Of a stretch of DNA of 64,000 nucleotides, positions 50,483 to 60,835 are shown one piece after another. Each line of letters begins with the position of its first letter. The first letter of the stretch is position 1. Position numbers and translations under genes: made by a program. The stretch is taken from positions 32,001-96,000 of the forward strand of contig CAWBHS010000078.1 in assembly GCA_963788655.1 (NCBI GenBank), in the 5' to 3' direction. Below the pieces are notes generated by a model. The model saw only the letters and a program-made list of their open reading frames with translations. It was not told the DNA's origin and made no database searches. This stretch comes from an uncultured Verrucomicrobiae bacterium (lineage in GTDB: Bacteria > Verrucomicrobiota > Verrucomicrobiia > Limisphaerales > JAFGQR01).

Positions 50483-52648
50483 TTATCTCACTTCGTGACG
50501 GATTTGGAACTGCCCGCTATCTCTTCGGACCAAATGGCTGATCTTCGCATCGACAGCGACGCCCGCCACCATCGTCTTCATACCGGCAGGATTCGCCACC
50601 AGGATCTGCTCGCCATGCGCCGTCTTGATGCGTACGGCCGCGACACCAATTTGCTTACCCGACGAGGTGTTCGGCAGTTCCACCGGTTCGGCGGTCAATC
50701 CCAGCGGTTCGTCTGGCGATGCCAAGGAAACGTTCCACAAATAGGTCGTTTCGTTGGTTTTGCGGCGGGCAATGACCAACGGGACGCGGTCTTCGGTGTG
50801 ATGCCCAACGCCGGTACCAATAAGGAAGGTGGTCGGCTGCCCGGACGCCATCGCCCAGCGCACTGACGGGCCGTCACGGTTCCCGAAAACGAGTTGAAGT
50901 CCACGCTCCGTACCGAGGGATTTCACATCTCGCAAATACGAGTATCCGGGCTTCTTCGGCAGTTCGAATGCCTGGGCGCCTTCTGGCGATTGCGCCAGCT
51001 TTCCCAAGTTATGATACGCGAGATCAAAGGTGTGTTCCTTGTCGGCGGTAATCTGATCCAGGAAGACCAACAGTTTGTCGTTTATCAGCGCCACCGTGCG
51101 CGTGAATCGGACTCCAGGATAAATCTTCCCCGCGTCAGCCATCACGGCGCTGAAGCCGTCCGCGGCAAGGAACGCTTCGCACTTGCCCGCGGCAGCTTTT
51201 TGCGAGGATTCGTCCATCGTGAGCGTGTTGTGGGCAATCGTGGTGCGATACCAACCACGCTGAATGGGCACCCCATAATTGGCCGTGCCCGGATCGGGCG
51301 CCAGAATTTGCCCGCGCCCATACAACACAAACCCCAGTTTGTCCGGGTGACCGTGACCGCCGCCGTGGGGACCGTAATCGAGACAAAACCATGTCGCCTG
51401 CTTGCCGTCACCCGCCGCCAAAATGGCATAACCCGAAGCCGGAAAATTGCGACTGAACGGTACAAAACTGGGGGCCGGTCCCTGGATGGGAACGCCGTGC
51501 AACAAGGCCGCATCGGTCTGGCGACTGCCGCGGTCGAGCACCAACCGGTAACGCTCGTCGTGATACCGTGCATAGGCCGTTTCATAAAGACCGGCACTGC
51601 GGGTCAGCGAAACTTCATGCGAGTCATTGAACGCCGGCAATTCCAAGTCCGGCATGGCCATGGCCAACGGCGCGTCAAACATGCCTTTGAATTCCGGGCC
51701 GTACAAATTGATGCCGCAATGGAAGGCGCCTTCGGTCAGATGCGTCACCGCCGACACGGTGTAGAAGTGGTAGCCCCAGGCGCCTTCGTACCACGCGCCG
51801 TCGGGTGTGATCCCTTTGGCCATCTGGTTCAAGTAACCGGAGGGACCGTTCAGCGCTTCGTCCACGAGTTTCATGTCGCCGATGAGCAACCCTGTCAATC
51901 CGACGGCGGAATTCTTCCAGCATTGGATATTGTGAATGCCCAGCTTGTGGCGGCGAATGACGTCCGTGGCGGGATAAAGCAATCCTTCCTTCACTTGTTG
52001 TTGCTCCGCGGCCGATAGCGTGTCCCAAAAACAATCCGCTCCCTCGACCACGTCAATCAACCAGGTGGACTCGTCGAGGGTTTGCGGTCCAACTTTGCCG
52101 CCGCCGGTCTTGGCCTCGCCCTTGGTGTTGTGCAACGGGTAGCTTTGGTATTGGGCCGCATAAGCCAGCAGGATTTCCCGGCCCTTGGCGGCGTAGCGCG
52201 CGTCGTGGGTCAGTTGATAAACAATTCCCAGCACTCGAATGGCCTCGGACAGGCGGTCGTGTTGGACACTGATGACCACGTCGTCATACGGGTAGCCGGT
52301 GAACACTTCGCCGTCCACTGGACACACATGGCGAGTGGGGCTTTCAGTGCGCAGGCGTGCGCCATGTTTCGGGCACGAGTAGTAGTGATACCATTGCCCG
52401 CCGCGATCCGGCAGAGTTACTTCGCGTTTGCGCCAGCCGTCCGCCTTGGCTTTGAGCGAGGCGAACCGGGCTTTGGCCCACGGCTGAGCCGCGATGCGTT
52501 CCTGGATGGCCGGAAGATCTTTGGCGGTGAATAACAGCCGTGGATGCGGCGGCAACTCGGCCGGGAGTTGGACGGCCCCGGACAACATCATCGGCGTCAA
52601 GATGGCGGCAAGCGTGCCCAATCCATTCAACATTGAAAAACTGATCAT
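50483..52648 (-). CDS. Polysaccharide lyase with alginate-lyase and heparinase II/III domains (PL17/PL15-like)
   Basis: HPRLLF, QTLDE, HNIQCW, WYEGAWGYHFY, PAFNDS, HGHPDKL, HNTL. Confidence 0.85.
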   Translation of the reverse strand: MISFSMLNGLGTLAAILTPMMLSGAVQLPAELPPHPRLLFTAKDLPAIQERIAAQPWAKARFASLKAKADGWRKREVTLPDRGGQWYHYYSCPKHGARLRTESPTRHVCPVDGEVFTGYPYDDVVISVQHDRLSEAIRVLGIVYQLTHDARYAAKGREILLAYAAQYQSYPLHNTKGEAKTGGGKVGPQTLDESTWLIDVVEGADCFWDTLSAAEQQQVKEGLLYPATDVIRRHKLGIHNIQCWKNSAVGLTGLLIGDMKLVDEALNGPSGYLNQMAKGITPDGAWYEGAWGYHFYTVSAVTHLTEGAFHCGINLYGPEFKGMFDAPLAMAMPDLELPAFNDSHEVSLTRSAGLYETAYARYHDERYRLVLDRGSRQTDAALLHGVPIQGPAPSFVPFSRNFPASGYAILAAGDGKQATWFCLDYGPHGGGHGHPDKLGFVLYGRGQILAPDPGTANYGVPIQRGWYRTTIAHNTLTMDESSQKAAAGKCEAFLAADGFSAVMADAGKIYPGVRFTRTVALINDKLLVFLDQITADKEHTFDLAYHNLGKLAQSPEGAQAFELPKKPGYSYLRDVKSLGTERGLQLVFGNRDGPSVRWAMASGQPTTFLIGTGVGHHTEDRVPLVIARRKTNETTYLWNVSLASPDEPLGLTAEPVELPNTSSGKQIGVAAVRIKTAHGEQILVANPAGMKTMVAGVAVDAKISHLVRRDSGQFQIRHEVR

Positions 52649-52721
52649 AGATAAATGGACCGGATTGGGGAATGAAAATTCAAACGTTGTCTTTCACTCG
52701 CTGACCGTTATTGTCCTCCTC

Positions 52722-53504
52722 ATGAAACTGGTGCCACTCTTCGCTGTCGTTCTGTTCAGCCTCACGTCTTCTTCGATTTCCTTTGCCCAATCGGCATCGT
52801 CCAAAGACCGACTTCCACCGCTGCCTGATGGCCAGCAGTGGAAGCTTATCTGGCATGACGAATTCGACGGCGCCAAACTGGACGAAACGAAATGGAACCG
52901 CCTGGGCGATTGGAAACGCCGGGATGGCTATTGGGTCAAGGACGACGCCTACCTCAGCGGCCAAGGCACCCTGCTGCTGCGCACGCGGAAGGACGGCGAC
53001 CGTTACACGTGCGGGGCCATCAGAACCCAGGGAAAGTTCGAGCACGCCTTTGGCTATTACGTCGCGCGCTGCAAAATGCCGAAGGAACCGGGGCATTGGC
53101 CGGCATTCTGGATGATGTGTCCGGGCGTCGGCAAAGTGGGCAACGGGGGCCGCGACGGCACGGAGATCGACGTTGTGGAGATTCCCTGGCGCACCGGCAA
53201 AGTCACCTTCAACCTGCATTGGGATGGTTACGGCAAGGACCACCGGTCGGCCGGCACGAACACAACCATCGCCGCGTTAACCGAAGGCTTCCATGATTAC
53301 GCGCTGCTCTGGACCCCGGAGGAATATTGCGTCTATGTGGACGGACAAGAAGTTTGGCGCACGAAAGCCGGCGGAGTCTCGCAGGTGCCGGAATACCTCA
53401 AGCTGACGGAGGAAATTGGCAAATGGGGCGGCGACATCACCAAAGCCCGACTGCCGGATTATTTCGAAGTCGATTACGTGCGGGTTTATGAAATGGTCCC
53501 GTAA
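52722..53504 (+). CDS. Glycoside hydrolase family 16
   Basis: Signal peptide, WHDEFDG, WPAFWM, EIDVVE catalytic motif, VDYVRVY. Confidence 0.92.
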   Translation: MKLVPLFAVVLFSLTSSSISFAQSASSKDRLPPLPDGQQWKLIWHDEFDGAKLDETKWNRLGDWKRRDGYWVKDDAYLSGQGTLLLRTRKDGDRYTCGAIRTQGKFEHAFGYYVARCKMPKEPGHWPAFWMMCPGVGKVGNGGRDGTEIDVVEIPWRTGKVTFNLHWDGYGKDHRSAGTNTTIAALTEGFHDYALLWTPEEYCVYVDGQEVWRTKAGGVSQVPEYLKLTEEIGKWGGDITKARLPDYFEVDYVRVYEMVP

Positions 53505-53548
53505 GGGACGAGAAATCGTTGGAACGAATTGAAGAGCGTTGTAGGAAA

Positions 53549-53809
53549 TTAACGACGATAAATCTCACGCCGATGTCCAAGCGTAACCAGCAAAAGCTCA
53601 TTTCGCTCCACATTGAAAACGTAAATGATGCGGTAGTCCCCGATGCGCAAGCGAAACTCCGAACGGCCCTGCAATCGATGGTGGGGAAAATCTTCTAATC
53701 TGCGCCCCAGCTCCCGAATCCGATTTTCGATGTGGTATTGCACCGACGATGGCAGACCGAAGAAAATCGAATCAAACTCTTGGGAGTAAATTTCCGTAGC
53801 TTGGCTCAC
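53549..53809 (-). CDS. Type II toxin, RelE family
   Basis: FRLRIGDYRIIY...LGHRREIY. Confidence 0.9.
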   Translation of the reverse strand: MSQATEIYSQEFDSIFFGLPSSVQYHIENRIRELGRRLEDFPHHRLQGRSEFRLRIGDYRIIYVFNVERNELLLVTLGHRREIYRR

Positions 53810-53817
53810 TGAGGACG

Positions 53818-54003
53818 TCAGTTTCGGTGAACGCGCACCCGCCCCTCGCGCAAATCAGCTTGGCCACGTTCGATGCTGGCGACGAATTCAGGGGTGAGTT
53901 CGGCCTCATCTTCGAGATAATCCGCAAGCCAATCCTGAAGTTTTACGGCTTCCTCCGGCGGCAACTTCCGGACCTCGGCTTCGATTGCTTCAAGCTTACT
54001 CAT
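53818..54003 (-). CDS. Cognate antitoxin
   Basis: 61 aa acidic protein, IERGQADLREGRV; directly upstream of the toxin. Confidence 0.8.
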   Translation of the reverse strand: MSKLEAIEAEVRKLPPEEAVKLQDWLADYLEDEAELTPEFVASIERGQADLREGRVRVHRN

Positions 54004-54048
54004 TAGCGAACTATATTTGGACGAGATCGCTGGCGTCAAGACTCGCCT

Positions 54049-55165
54049 TCAGGACTGAACCCTGCCATCAGGCAACAAGGGCAACCGCACCGGCTTCCTC
54101 GTCCGGTAGCACCGTTGGATCGCGAAAACGACTTCGTGCGTCTGGATGGCGTCTTCAAGATTGCAGTGCGACTCCACGTCGCGTTGCAGGCATTGCACGA
54201 AGTGGTCCATCTGCGCTTGAAACGGATGATGGGAAACGTCGCTGGAATCCGGCGGCAATCGCTGAGAGAACCTTCCAGCTCTTCTGCCGGGGAAATTGGT
54301 GCGACCAAATCTGGTTGTCGATCACGGTGCCACGGTCGCCAAAGATCCGGATCGGGAAGCGATAAGGCATGACGCAGTCAAAATTGACGCTGACCTTGCC
54401 CAGCACGCCGTTGGCAAATTTGACGAAAGCCATTTCCAGGCCGTCGTATTCCATCGGCGGCGTCCCATCGATGAACGTGTTGGTGAGCGGATTGTATTCG
54501 CGGTTGATTCCCTGGCGATAGCCTCCGGCCACGGCAAACACCTCGACGGGTTGCGCCGTTTCAAACTCTCCCGTAGCCGCGAACCAACGCAGCGCATCAA
54601 TGGCATGACAGCCGGCCACCAGCATGGCGCTGACTCCATTCTTCCGGGTGCAAGTGTCCGCCCATCCCGACCACCAACTGCCGTTGTGGCTCAGATAGTC
54701 GGCTTCGACACAGTAGGGTTGGCCGAAGGCGCCGGCGGCCAGCAGGGACTTGAGTTTGCGAAAGAGCGGATTCCAACGCAGAACAAAACTCACCACCGTT
54801 TTCACGCCGGCTCGACGAACAGCGTCACGCATTCGGCGCAGCTCGACCAGAGAGATCCCCACCGGCTTCTCAATCACCAGGTGCTTGCCGGCTGCCGCTG
54901 CGGCGAGAACATTTGCGCAATGCACGTGCTGCGGCGTGCAGATCGAAACAATATCCACCCCCGGATGCCGCAGTGCTTGCGCCAGGTCGCCGTACGTTGA
55001 CGCGTCGGGCAGGCCGGCTTCACGAGCCAACCGCCGGGCACTGGATTTGCGACGGCTGGAAACGGCTACAATCCGCGTGGCGGGATTGTTTTGAAACGCG
55101 GCGAGGTGTTGGCCAGCCACCCAACCGGCGCCGTGGATCAATACGCCAAAAATCGATTTTCTCAT
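54049..55165 (-). CDS. Gfo/Idh/MocA oxidoreductase (frameshift near 54258)
   Basis: GAGWVA, ICTP, GKHLVIEKP; C-terminus HHPFQAQMDHF in a second frame. Confidence 0.85.
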
Positions 55166-56181
55166 GAGGGCAATCTCAACATGGCGTCCAGGTTTTCAAA
55201 AGGTGTTTCCATTGCCAAGGTGCAACCGGAACTCAACACAAACCGCCGATGGCCGGTCGCCGAAATCTGCGCGATGGCTTCTCTGGAGGCTGCGGTTACG
55301 GCTTGAAGTGTGCCTTGAGCCAATAATCCAACTGGATCCAGATTTCCCCAGATGGCGATGTCCGGTCCGATCACGCGGCCGGCTTCGGTCAAATCGACTT
55401 GCCAATCCAATTCCAACACGTCGGCGCCAGAGGAAGCCATGTCCTCCAGCAGCGGGGTGGTATCGCCACAAATGTGCAAGGAGACGGGCTTGCCCGTGGC
55501 GGCCTGGAGATCCGCGATGACGCGTTGCTCAAAAGGCAACGCTTTTTGGCGATAGGACTGCGGCCCGATCAGTCCCGCCGGTGAATCCCCGCCGCTCAGC
55601 AAGTCGGCGCCGGCCGCCGCCAAGGCTTTCCCGTAAGCTACGGCATACTCTGCTGATCGCACCATCAGCGCTTGCACCAACGGCGGATCGTCCGTGAGTT
55701 TCAACATGAGTTCCTGGATACCCATCAGCGCAGCCGCCAGGGAGAATGGGTATTGGTCGAAACAGGCGACGATAAAGACTTCACTCCCCAGCTCCCGGAC
55801 AAGGTGCGACAAGGCTTCAAGCATCAGCGGGTAACGTCCCTGCCGAGTGACGTCGGGTGGCGGGAGGCGGTCAATGTCCGAAGGCCGTTGCACCACGGGC
55901 GGCCCAAGACCGCCAAACGGCTGGTTGTCACTGGTCGCCCCGACGCGGGCGCCCACGGCTTCGGCGCTGACCCACGTGTCCGCAGACAACCAAACCGCAT
56001 CCGGCCGGAACCGTTCGTAGTATCGCAGGACGCAATCGGCGAGTGTCCGAGCGTTGGTGGAATACTCCCGCAACGTTTTCCCAGCCACGCGCGCACAAAA
56101 ATGAACGGCCAATGGGCCGGTGGCAACACGCGGGATCCCCTGCCCTTGCAACGCGGCACTGACCAATTGCCTCGAGTTCAT
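55162..56181 (-). CDS. Uroporphyrinogen decarboxylase-fold protein (MtaA/CmuA methyltransferase-like)
   Basis: PFSLAA, LHICG, WGNLDP, LSSGC (HxC...C zinc-type ligands). Confidence 0.85.
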   Translation of the reverse strand: MNSRQLVSAALQGQGIPRVATGPLAVHFCARVAGKTLREYSTNARTLADCVLRYYERFRPDAVWLSADTWVSAEAVGARVGATSDNQPFGGLGPPVVQRPSDIDRLPPPDVTRQGRYPLMLEALSHLVRELGSEVFIVACFDQYPFSLAAALMGIQELMLKLTDDPPLVQALMVRSAEYAVAYGKALAAAGADLLSGGDSPAGLIGPQSYRQKALPFEQRVIADLQAATGKPVSLHICGDTTPLLEDMASSGADVLELDWQVDLTEAGRVIGPDIAIWGNLDPVGLLAQGTLQAVTAASREAIAQISATGHRRFVLSSGCTLAMETPFENLDAMLRLPS

Positions 56182-57672
56182 GGAAGAGACATCGCTCGAT
56201 CAACTGGCCTGGGTTGTTCTGGGGCGCGGTTCCAGGTTCGTTCGATTTCTTCCAAGCTTCGTCCCTTGGTTTCGGGCACGAACTTCCAAAAGAACACGGT
56301 AGCCACCAGACAAATCCCCGCCGCGGTCAGAAAACTGGCGTGCATGCCCAACGCGGCCGCATACCAAGGGGAAAAGCAACGCGCTGGCGGTGTTGGTGCT
56401 CCAATTGGCAAAGGTGGCGATGGAAACCGCCCGGCCGCGGACACGATTCGGAAAGATCTCGGGCGTCAATACCCAGATCACGGCGCAGATTGACAACGCG
56501 ATACACGCCATATAGACGCAGATACTGATCCCGATCCAGAGCCCAACTGTCTTGGAGACAACGACGGCCTCGCCGGCCCCTTGAACGCCCGTAAGAAACA
56601 GGGCGCCGATCACTCCCAGCGCCACGGTGACCACGGCCATCCCACCAATCAACAACGGCCGCCGTCCCCAGCGGTCAATCACGAGCAAGGCCAGGATCGT
56701 GAATATCAAATTGATGAGTCCAAACCCCACCTGGCTCAACAATGCCGCCAAGTCCTGAAAGCCCGCCGCCATGAGGATTTTCGGGCCGTAATAGACGACG
56801 ATGTTGACGCCGGACAATTGCCCAAACACGGAAAGCATCACGCCCACCAACAAGGCTGTGCGCAGACCGGGACGCAGCAGTTCCCGAATGGAACCTTCCT
56901 CGCGAGCCAGCGCGGCTTTGATCTCCGCAGCTTCCCGTTGGGCGACCTCCGGTCCACTGATGCGCGTGAGAATGTCGAGTCCCTCCTGCGAGCGTTCGGC
57001 TTTGATCAGCCAGCGCGGGCTTTCCGGCACGAGAAAGAGCAGCAGGAAGAACAAGACGCACGGCACCATTTCCGCGCCAAACATACCGCGCCAGTACTCA
57101 CTGACGAACACCCGATGCAACCCCCCGCCGTCGCCGAACGCCCCGGCATGGTTCTGGGCAAACCATAGAATCAGCCAGTTGGACAAATACGCCGCCAGAA
57201 TGCCGATCACAATCGACAGTTGGTAGAACGCCACCAACCGCCCGCGCAATGACGGCGGCGCGAATTCAGTGATGTACATGGGGGCCAGCACCGAAGCCAT
57301 ACCCACCCCCACCCCGCCAATGATGCGCGCCACAATCAGTAGTTCGAAACTGGGCGGAATGGCGGAACCCAGCGCTGAGACAAAGAAGAAGACCGCCGAG
57401 ACGATCAATAGCGGTTTGCGTCCGAAACGGTCTCCCAGAAATCCCGCAATGGCAGCGCCGACAATGCAGCCGACCAGCGCCGAACTGGTGAACCAGCCTT
57501 CCATCAAAGTGGTCAAGGCATACTGCTGTTTCACTCGCTCCACCGTGCCGGAGATGACTGCAGTATCAAAACCGAAGAGCAAACCGCCGAGGGAAGCGAC
57601 CAAACAAACCAACGGCAGGTACCAGCCACGGTGTCCGGCGGTCGCAATGGCCGGCGTGACAGATCGTGGCAT
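56178..57672 (-). CDS. Sugar porter family MFS transporter (frameshift near 56370)
   Basis: GGLLFGFDTAVISG, DRFGRK, PESPRWL, DRWGRR, PEIFP, PETKG. Confidence 0.92.
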
Positions 57673-57686
57673 GTAATTGGATCGAC

Positions 57687-58892
57687 TCACGGCTTCCGGT
57701 CCTTTCCGCCCTCCGCGGCGATTTGCTCTTCGAGCCGTTGCCAGCAATACCATTGCATGCGTGGCAGGTGAAACGGGCCTTTCCACATGTTCCCTTTAAG
57801 CCGCGTCGAAACGCTGCCGTCCCGGTGCAGATAGCCAAACCACTCGCCGTGCAACGGATCGGGAAAATGCGCGTAAGCCCAATCGTGAACTGCCTGGTGC
57901 CAGCGAGCGTATTTGGCGTCCCCGGTCAGTTGCCAGGCAAGCAAGGTGCCGATAATGGCCTCGTTGTGCGGCCACCAGAATTTCATGTCATGCCAGTACT
58001 CGGTGGCTGGCCGGCCTTTGGCGTCAGCGTAGTACAGAATCCCGCCATGCTGCCGGTCCCAACCCAATTCGAACGACCAATCGAAAATAGTCGTACCCAG
58101 CTTCACCAGACGAGGATCGCCTTGGCGTTGGCGCGCTTCTTCGAGGATGAACCAACCAACTTCCATCGCATGCCCCGGGCAAATCATGCGTCCCTCGAAC
58201 GTATCCAGGAACTCTCCCTGTCCGCCGACCGTTTCCAGCAAGCAATGGAATTCCGGTTTCAGGAAATCGCGTTCTACCTCGCGGAGACATTGGTCGATCA
58301 CCTCGGCGCAAAGCGGATCGTCGGTCGCCTTGCGGAGTTCCTGCGCGGTCGCCAGCAGAATCATGGGCATGGCCAATCCCTTGAGGGCGCGGGTTTCTGG
58401 GATGACTTTGGGCGGACACAAGCCCGGCGTGGAATGGTAACGCAGCACCAGCCGGAACAAATCAAGCGCTTGTTCGATGTAGCGCGTCTCCCCCGTAGCG
58501 CGTCCGTAGGCGGCCAGCGCAATGATGGCGAACGCTTCGGAAAACAAGTAGCGTCGTTTGCGCAACGGTTTTCCTTCGCAGGTCGTCCAAAAGAACATGC
58601 GCCCATCCGTATCGAAACAATGCCGGTTGATGAAGTCGATACCGGTTCGGGCGCCTTCGAGCCATTCGGCGCGTCGTTCCACCGTGAGATAAAGAGTAGC
58701 CAACATCCAGGCAAAGCGGCCTTGGAACCAGACGGCCTTGTCCGTGCTTAGAATCGTGCCGTCCTGATCGAGCGCGGTGAAGTATCCCCCCTGGTCGTGG
58801 TCGATGGCGTGTGCCATCCAAAACGGCAGGGTGTCGCGCAGCAATCCGTCGCGGTAGATGGCCCGCAAGGAAATGAGACGTTGGAAAGTCAT
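57687..58892 (-). CDS. N-acylglucosamine 2-epimerase (AGE family)
   Basis: PFW, WFQGR, PGHAMEVGWF, KFWWPHNE, GEWFGYL, KGPFHLPR. Confidence 0.92.
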   Translation of the reverse strand: MTFQRLISLRAIYRDGLLRDTLPFWMAHAIDHDQGGYFTALDQDGTILSTDKAVWFQGRFAWMLATLYLTVERRAEWLEGARTGIDFINRHCFDTDGRMFFWTTCEGKPLRKRRYLFSEAFAIIALAAYGRATGETRYIEQALDLFRLVLRYHSTPGLCPPKVIPETRALKGLAMPMILLATAQELRKATDDPLCAEVIDQCLREVERDFLKPEFHCLLETVGGQGEFLDTFEGRMICPGHAMEVGWFILEEARQRQGDPRLVKLGTTIFDWSFELGWDRQHGGILYYADAKGRPATEYWHDMKFWWPHNEAIIGTLLAWQLTGDAKYARWHQAVHDWAYAHFPDPLHGEWFGYLHRDGSVSTRLKGNMWKGPFHLPRMQWYCWQRLEEQIAAEGGKDRKP

Positions 58893-58971
58893 GGAAAATG
58901 GATTTGAAATGCTGGATTGTGCCTGGTTGTGGGGGTGACCTGCGGTAGGGATGGTGCCATTGCATTGGATG

Positions 58972-59119
58972 TCGCGCAGCGTTTGGAGTGCGTGAAGCTT
59001 TCTCCCGCTTTCGGTGGGCGGACGGGGTCAATTACTCCAGGCGGCGGCTTTGGCATTAGGGCACAACTGTTTCCTGCGAAAGCGCCGGCAAGCCGGGCGC
59101 ACTCCAAACGCCGGCGCGA
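58972..59119. repeat. REPIN (family 8) copy 1
   Basis: TCGCGCAGCGTTTGGAGTGCG...CGCTTTC / GAAAGCG...CGCACTCCAAACGCCGGCGCGA. Confidence 0.85.
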
Positions 59120-59250
59120 AGAATGACGAGTCCTTCCCCAATCGATGCCGACAAGAAAATGAATGTCCTGGTCAGACTGCATCGGGCACTCCGCTTTGAG
59201 GCTCTTGCAGTTGCTGGCTTGAAAAACACCTTGGGAGTGGTCCTTTAACA

Positions 59251-60540
59251 TTACTTGGTTTCCTTCAGGTATCCGGTCGCTTCAAGAATCGAACGCCATT
59301 TGGCCGCCGTGCGGTCGAGCGCCGTCCGGGGCGTCAAATGGCCGGCGATGGTTTCCGCAATTTGGGTGTCAAGATAGTCGCAGAGTTCTTGCGAAGGCGG
59401 GATGCGGAACCGCGGTTCACTGTGCTCCAATCCTTTGAGCAGTTGCGGCAGATAAAACATCCGTGCCCGGCAGGCGGCATCCTGGTAGGTGGAAAGGCGC
59501 GGCGATCCTTTTCCGTATTGCAGAAACAACCGGCAGGTGTTGGTGGGATTGAGCTGGAACTGAATCCACTGAAAGGCCGCCTCCGGGTCGGGGCAGGCGC
59601 GATTGATGCCCAACGACCAGGCGCTCAGTTGCGGTTTCCCGCCGGGAATGACCGCCGCCGCAATTTGGCCGGAAACCTTGCACAAATTGGTGTCCTGCAT
59701 CTGCGCCCAAATCAGCGTGGGCCAGGTCAGATACATCGCGCCCTTCCCCTGGAGAAACAACGCGTTGGCCTCCTCGATCCCGAGCCGCTGCGAATGGGGC
59801 GGTGCGTAGCGGAACATCTCGACAAATAGTTTCAAGCTGCGCACGCCCGCTTCCGAATTCAGCGTCGGCTGCCACCGATCATCGACCAGGCGCCCCCCCA
59901 GGCCGAAGAGAATGCCCGACCATACAGTGAAGTTCTGTTCCTTCAGGCCCATGATGACGTTGCCGTGCAGCGATTCCGTGTTCAGAAAACGGGCGATCTC
60001 CAGGTATTCATCCCACGTGCGGGGCGGCTCGAGTTGACGGCCCGTTTGGCGTTGGAACTCCTCCGCGCGGGCGGCGAATATATCGGTTCGATAGAGCAGC
60101 GTGATCACGTCGCATGCCAGCGGCAAGGCCCTGGTGTGTCCTTGCCATTCCCCGGCGTTTTGGCGAACGGCGGAAATGAAATCGGATGTCTTCACATCAT
60201 GGCCGGCAAGGAAATCGTCCAACGGACGCAAGTGCGGCATGATTTCGCCGTCCCATTGCTGGGCGACCTGCATCACGTCGTATAAGTCCGTGTCGTTCGC
60301 CAGGTCCGTGATTTCCTTCTCCCGCAGCGTAAGGTACGGGGCGGATACCACCTTGACGCGGATACCCGTTTGATGCTCGAACTCCGTTGCTAGAGCTTGA
60401 GCCGCTTCGGCATAGATGCCGTTCATGTGGAAGGAAGTAATTTCGCGCTCCGGAACGGACAGCTGGCGTCCGCACCCGATAAGCAGCAACGAGCAAGCAA
60501 GTAACAACGCTGCCAAGTTTGGCTGGCGAATCAAAAACAT
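59251..60540 (-). CDS. Sugar ABC-transporter-type solute-binding lipoprotein
   Basis: LIGC lipobox, FEHQTGIRVKV, LLYRTDIF, PRTWDE, FLQGKGAM. Confidence 0.88.
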   Translation of the reverse strand: MFLIRQPNLAALLLACSLLLIGCGRQLSVPEREITSFHMNGIYAEAAQALATEFEHQTGIRVKVVSAPYLTLREKEITDLANDTDLYDVMQVAQQWDGEIMPHLRPLDDFLAGHDVKTSDFISAVRQNAGEWQGHTRALPLACDVITLLYRTDIFAARAEEFQRQTGRQLEPPRTWDEYLEIARFLNTESLHGNVIMGLKEQNFTVWSGILFGLGGRLVDDRWQPTLNSEAGVRSLKLFVEMFRYAPPHSQRLGIEEANALFLQGKGAMYLTWPTLIWAQMQDTNLCKVSGQIAAAVIPGGKPQLSAWSLGINRACPDPEAAFQWIQFQLNPTNTCRLFLQYGKGSPRLSTYQDAACRARMFYLPQLLKGLEHSEPRFRIPPSQELCDYLDTQIAETIAGHLTPRTALDRTAAKWRSILEATGYLKETK

Positions 60541-60590
60541 CGTGGCAGCAAAGAAATGGTCAACATTGTGGTTGCTTTGATTTTAGCGTT

Positions 60591-60748
60591 CACCGTCGCG
60601 CAGCGTTTGGAGTGCGCGGAGCTTGCTCCCGCTTTCGTTTGATCCCACATGTTCCCAAAACCAACTCCACGTCCGCACACATTGCCCGCCATGCTCCAGG
60701 CGAAAGCGCCGGCAAGCCAGGCGCACTCCAAACGCTGGCGCGACGGTG
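60591..60748. repeat. REPIN (family 8) copy 2
   Basis: Same arms as 58972-59119 with a different spacer. Confidence 0.85.
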
Positions 60749-60835
60749 GCACACCATTCCAATTGGGGCGGCAAGCGCTTAAAGCGCTTCCGCCCCAGCC
60801 TTGGCAGATTCTTCCAGTGACGCAACCAAGAAACC

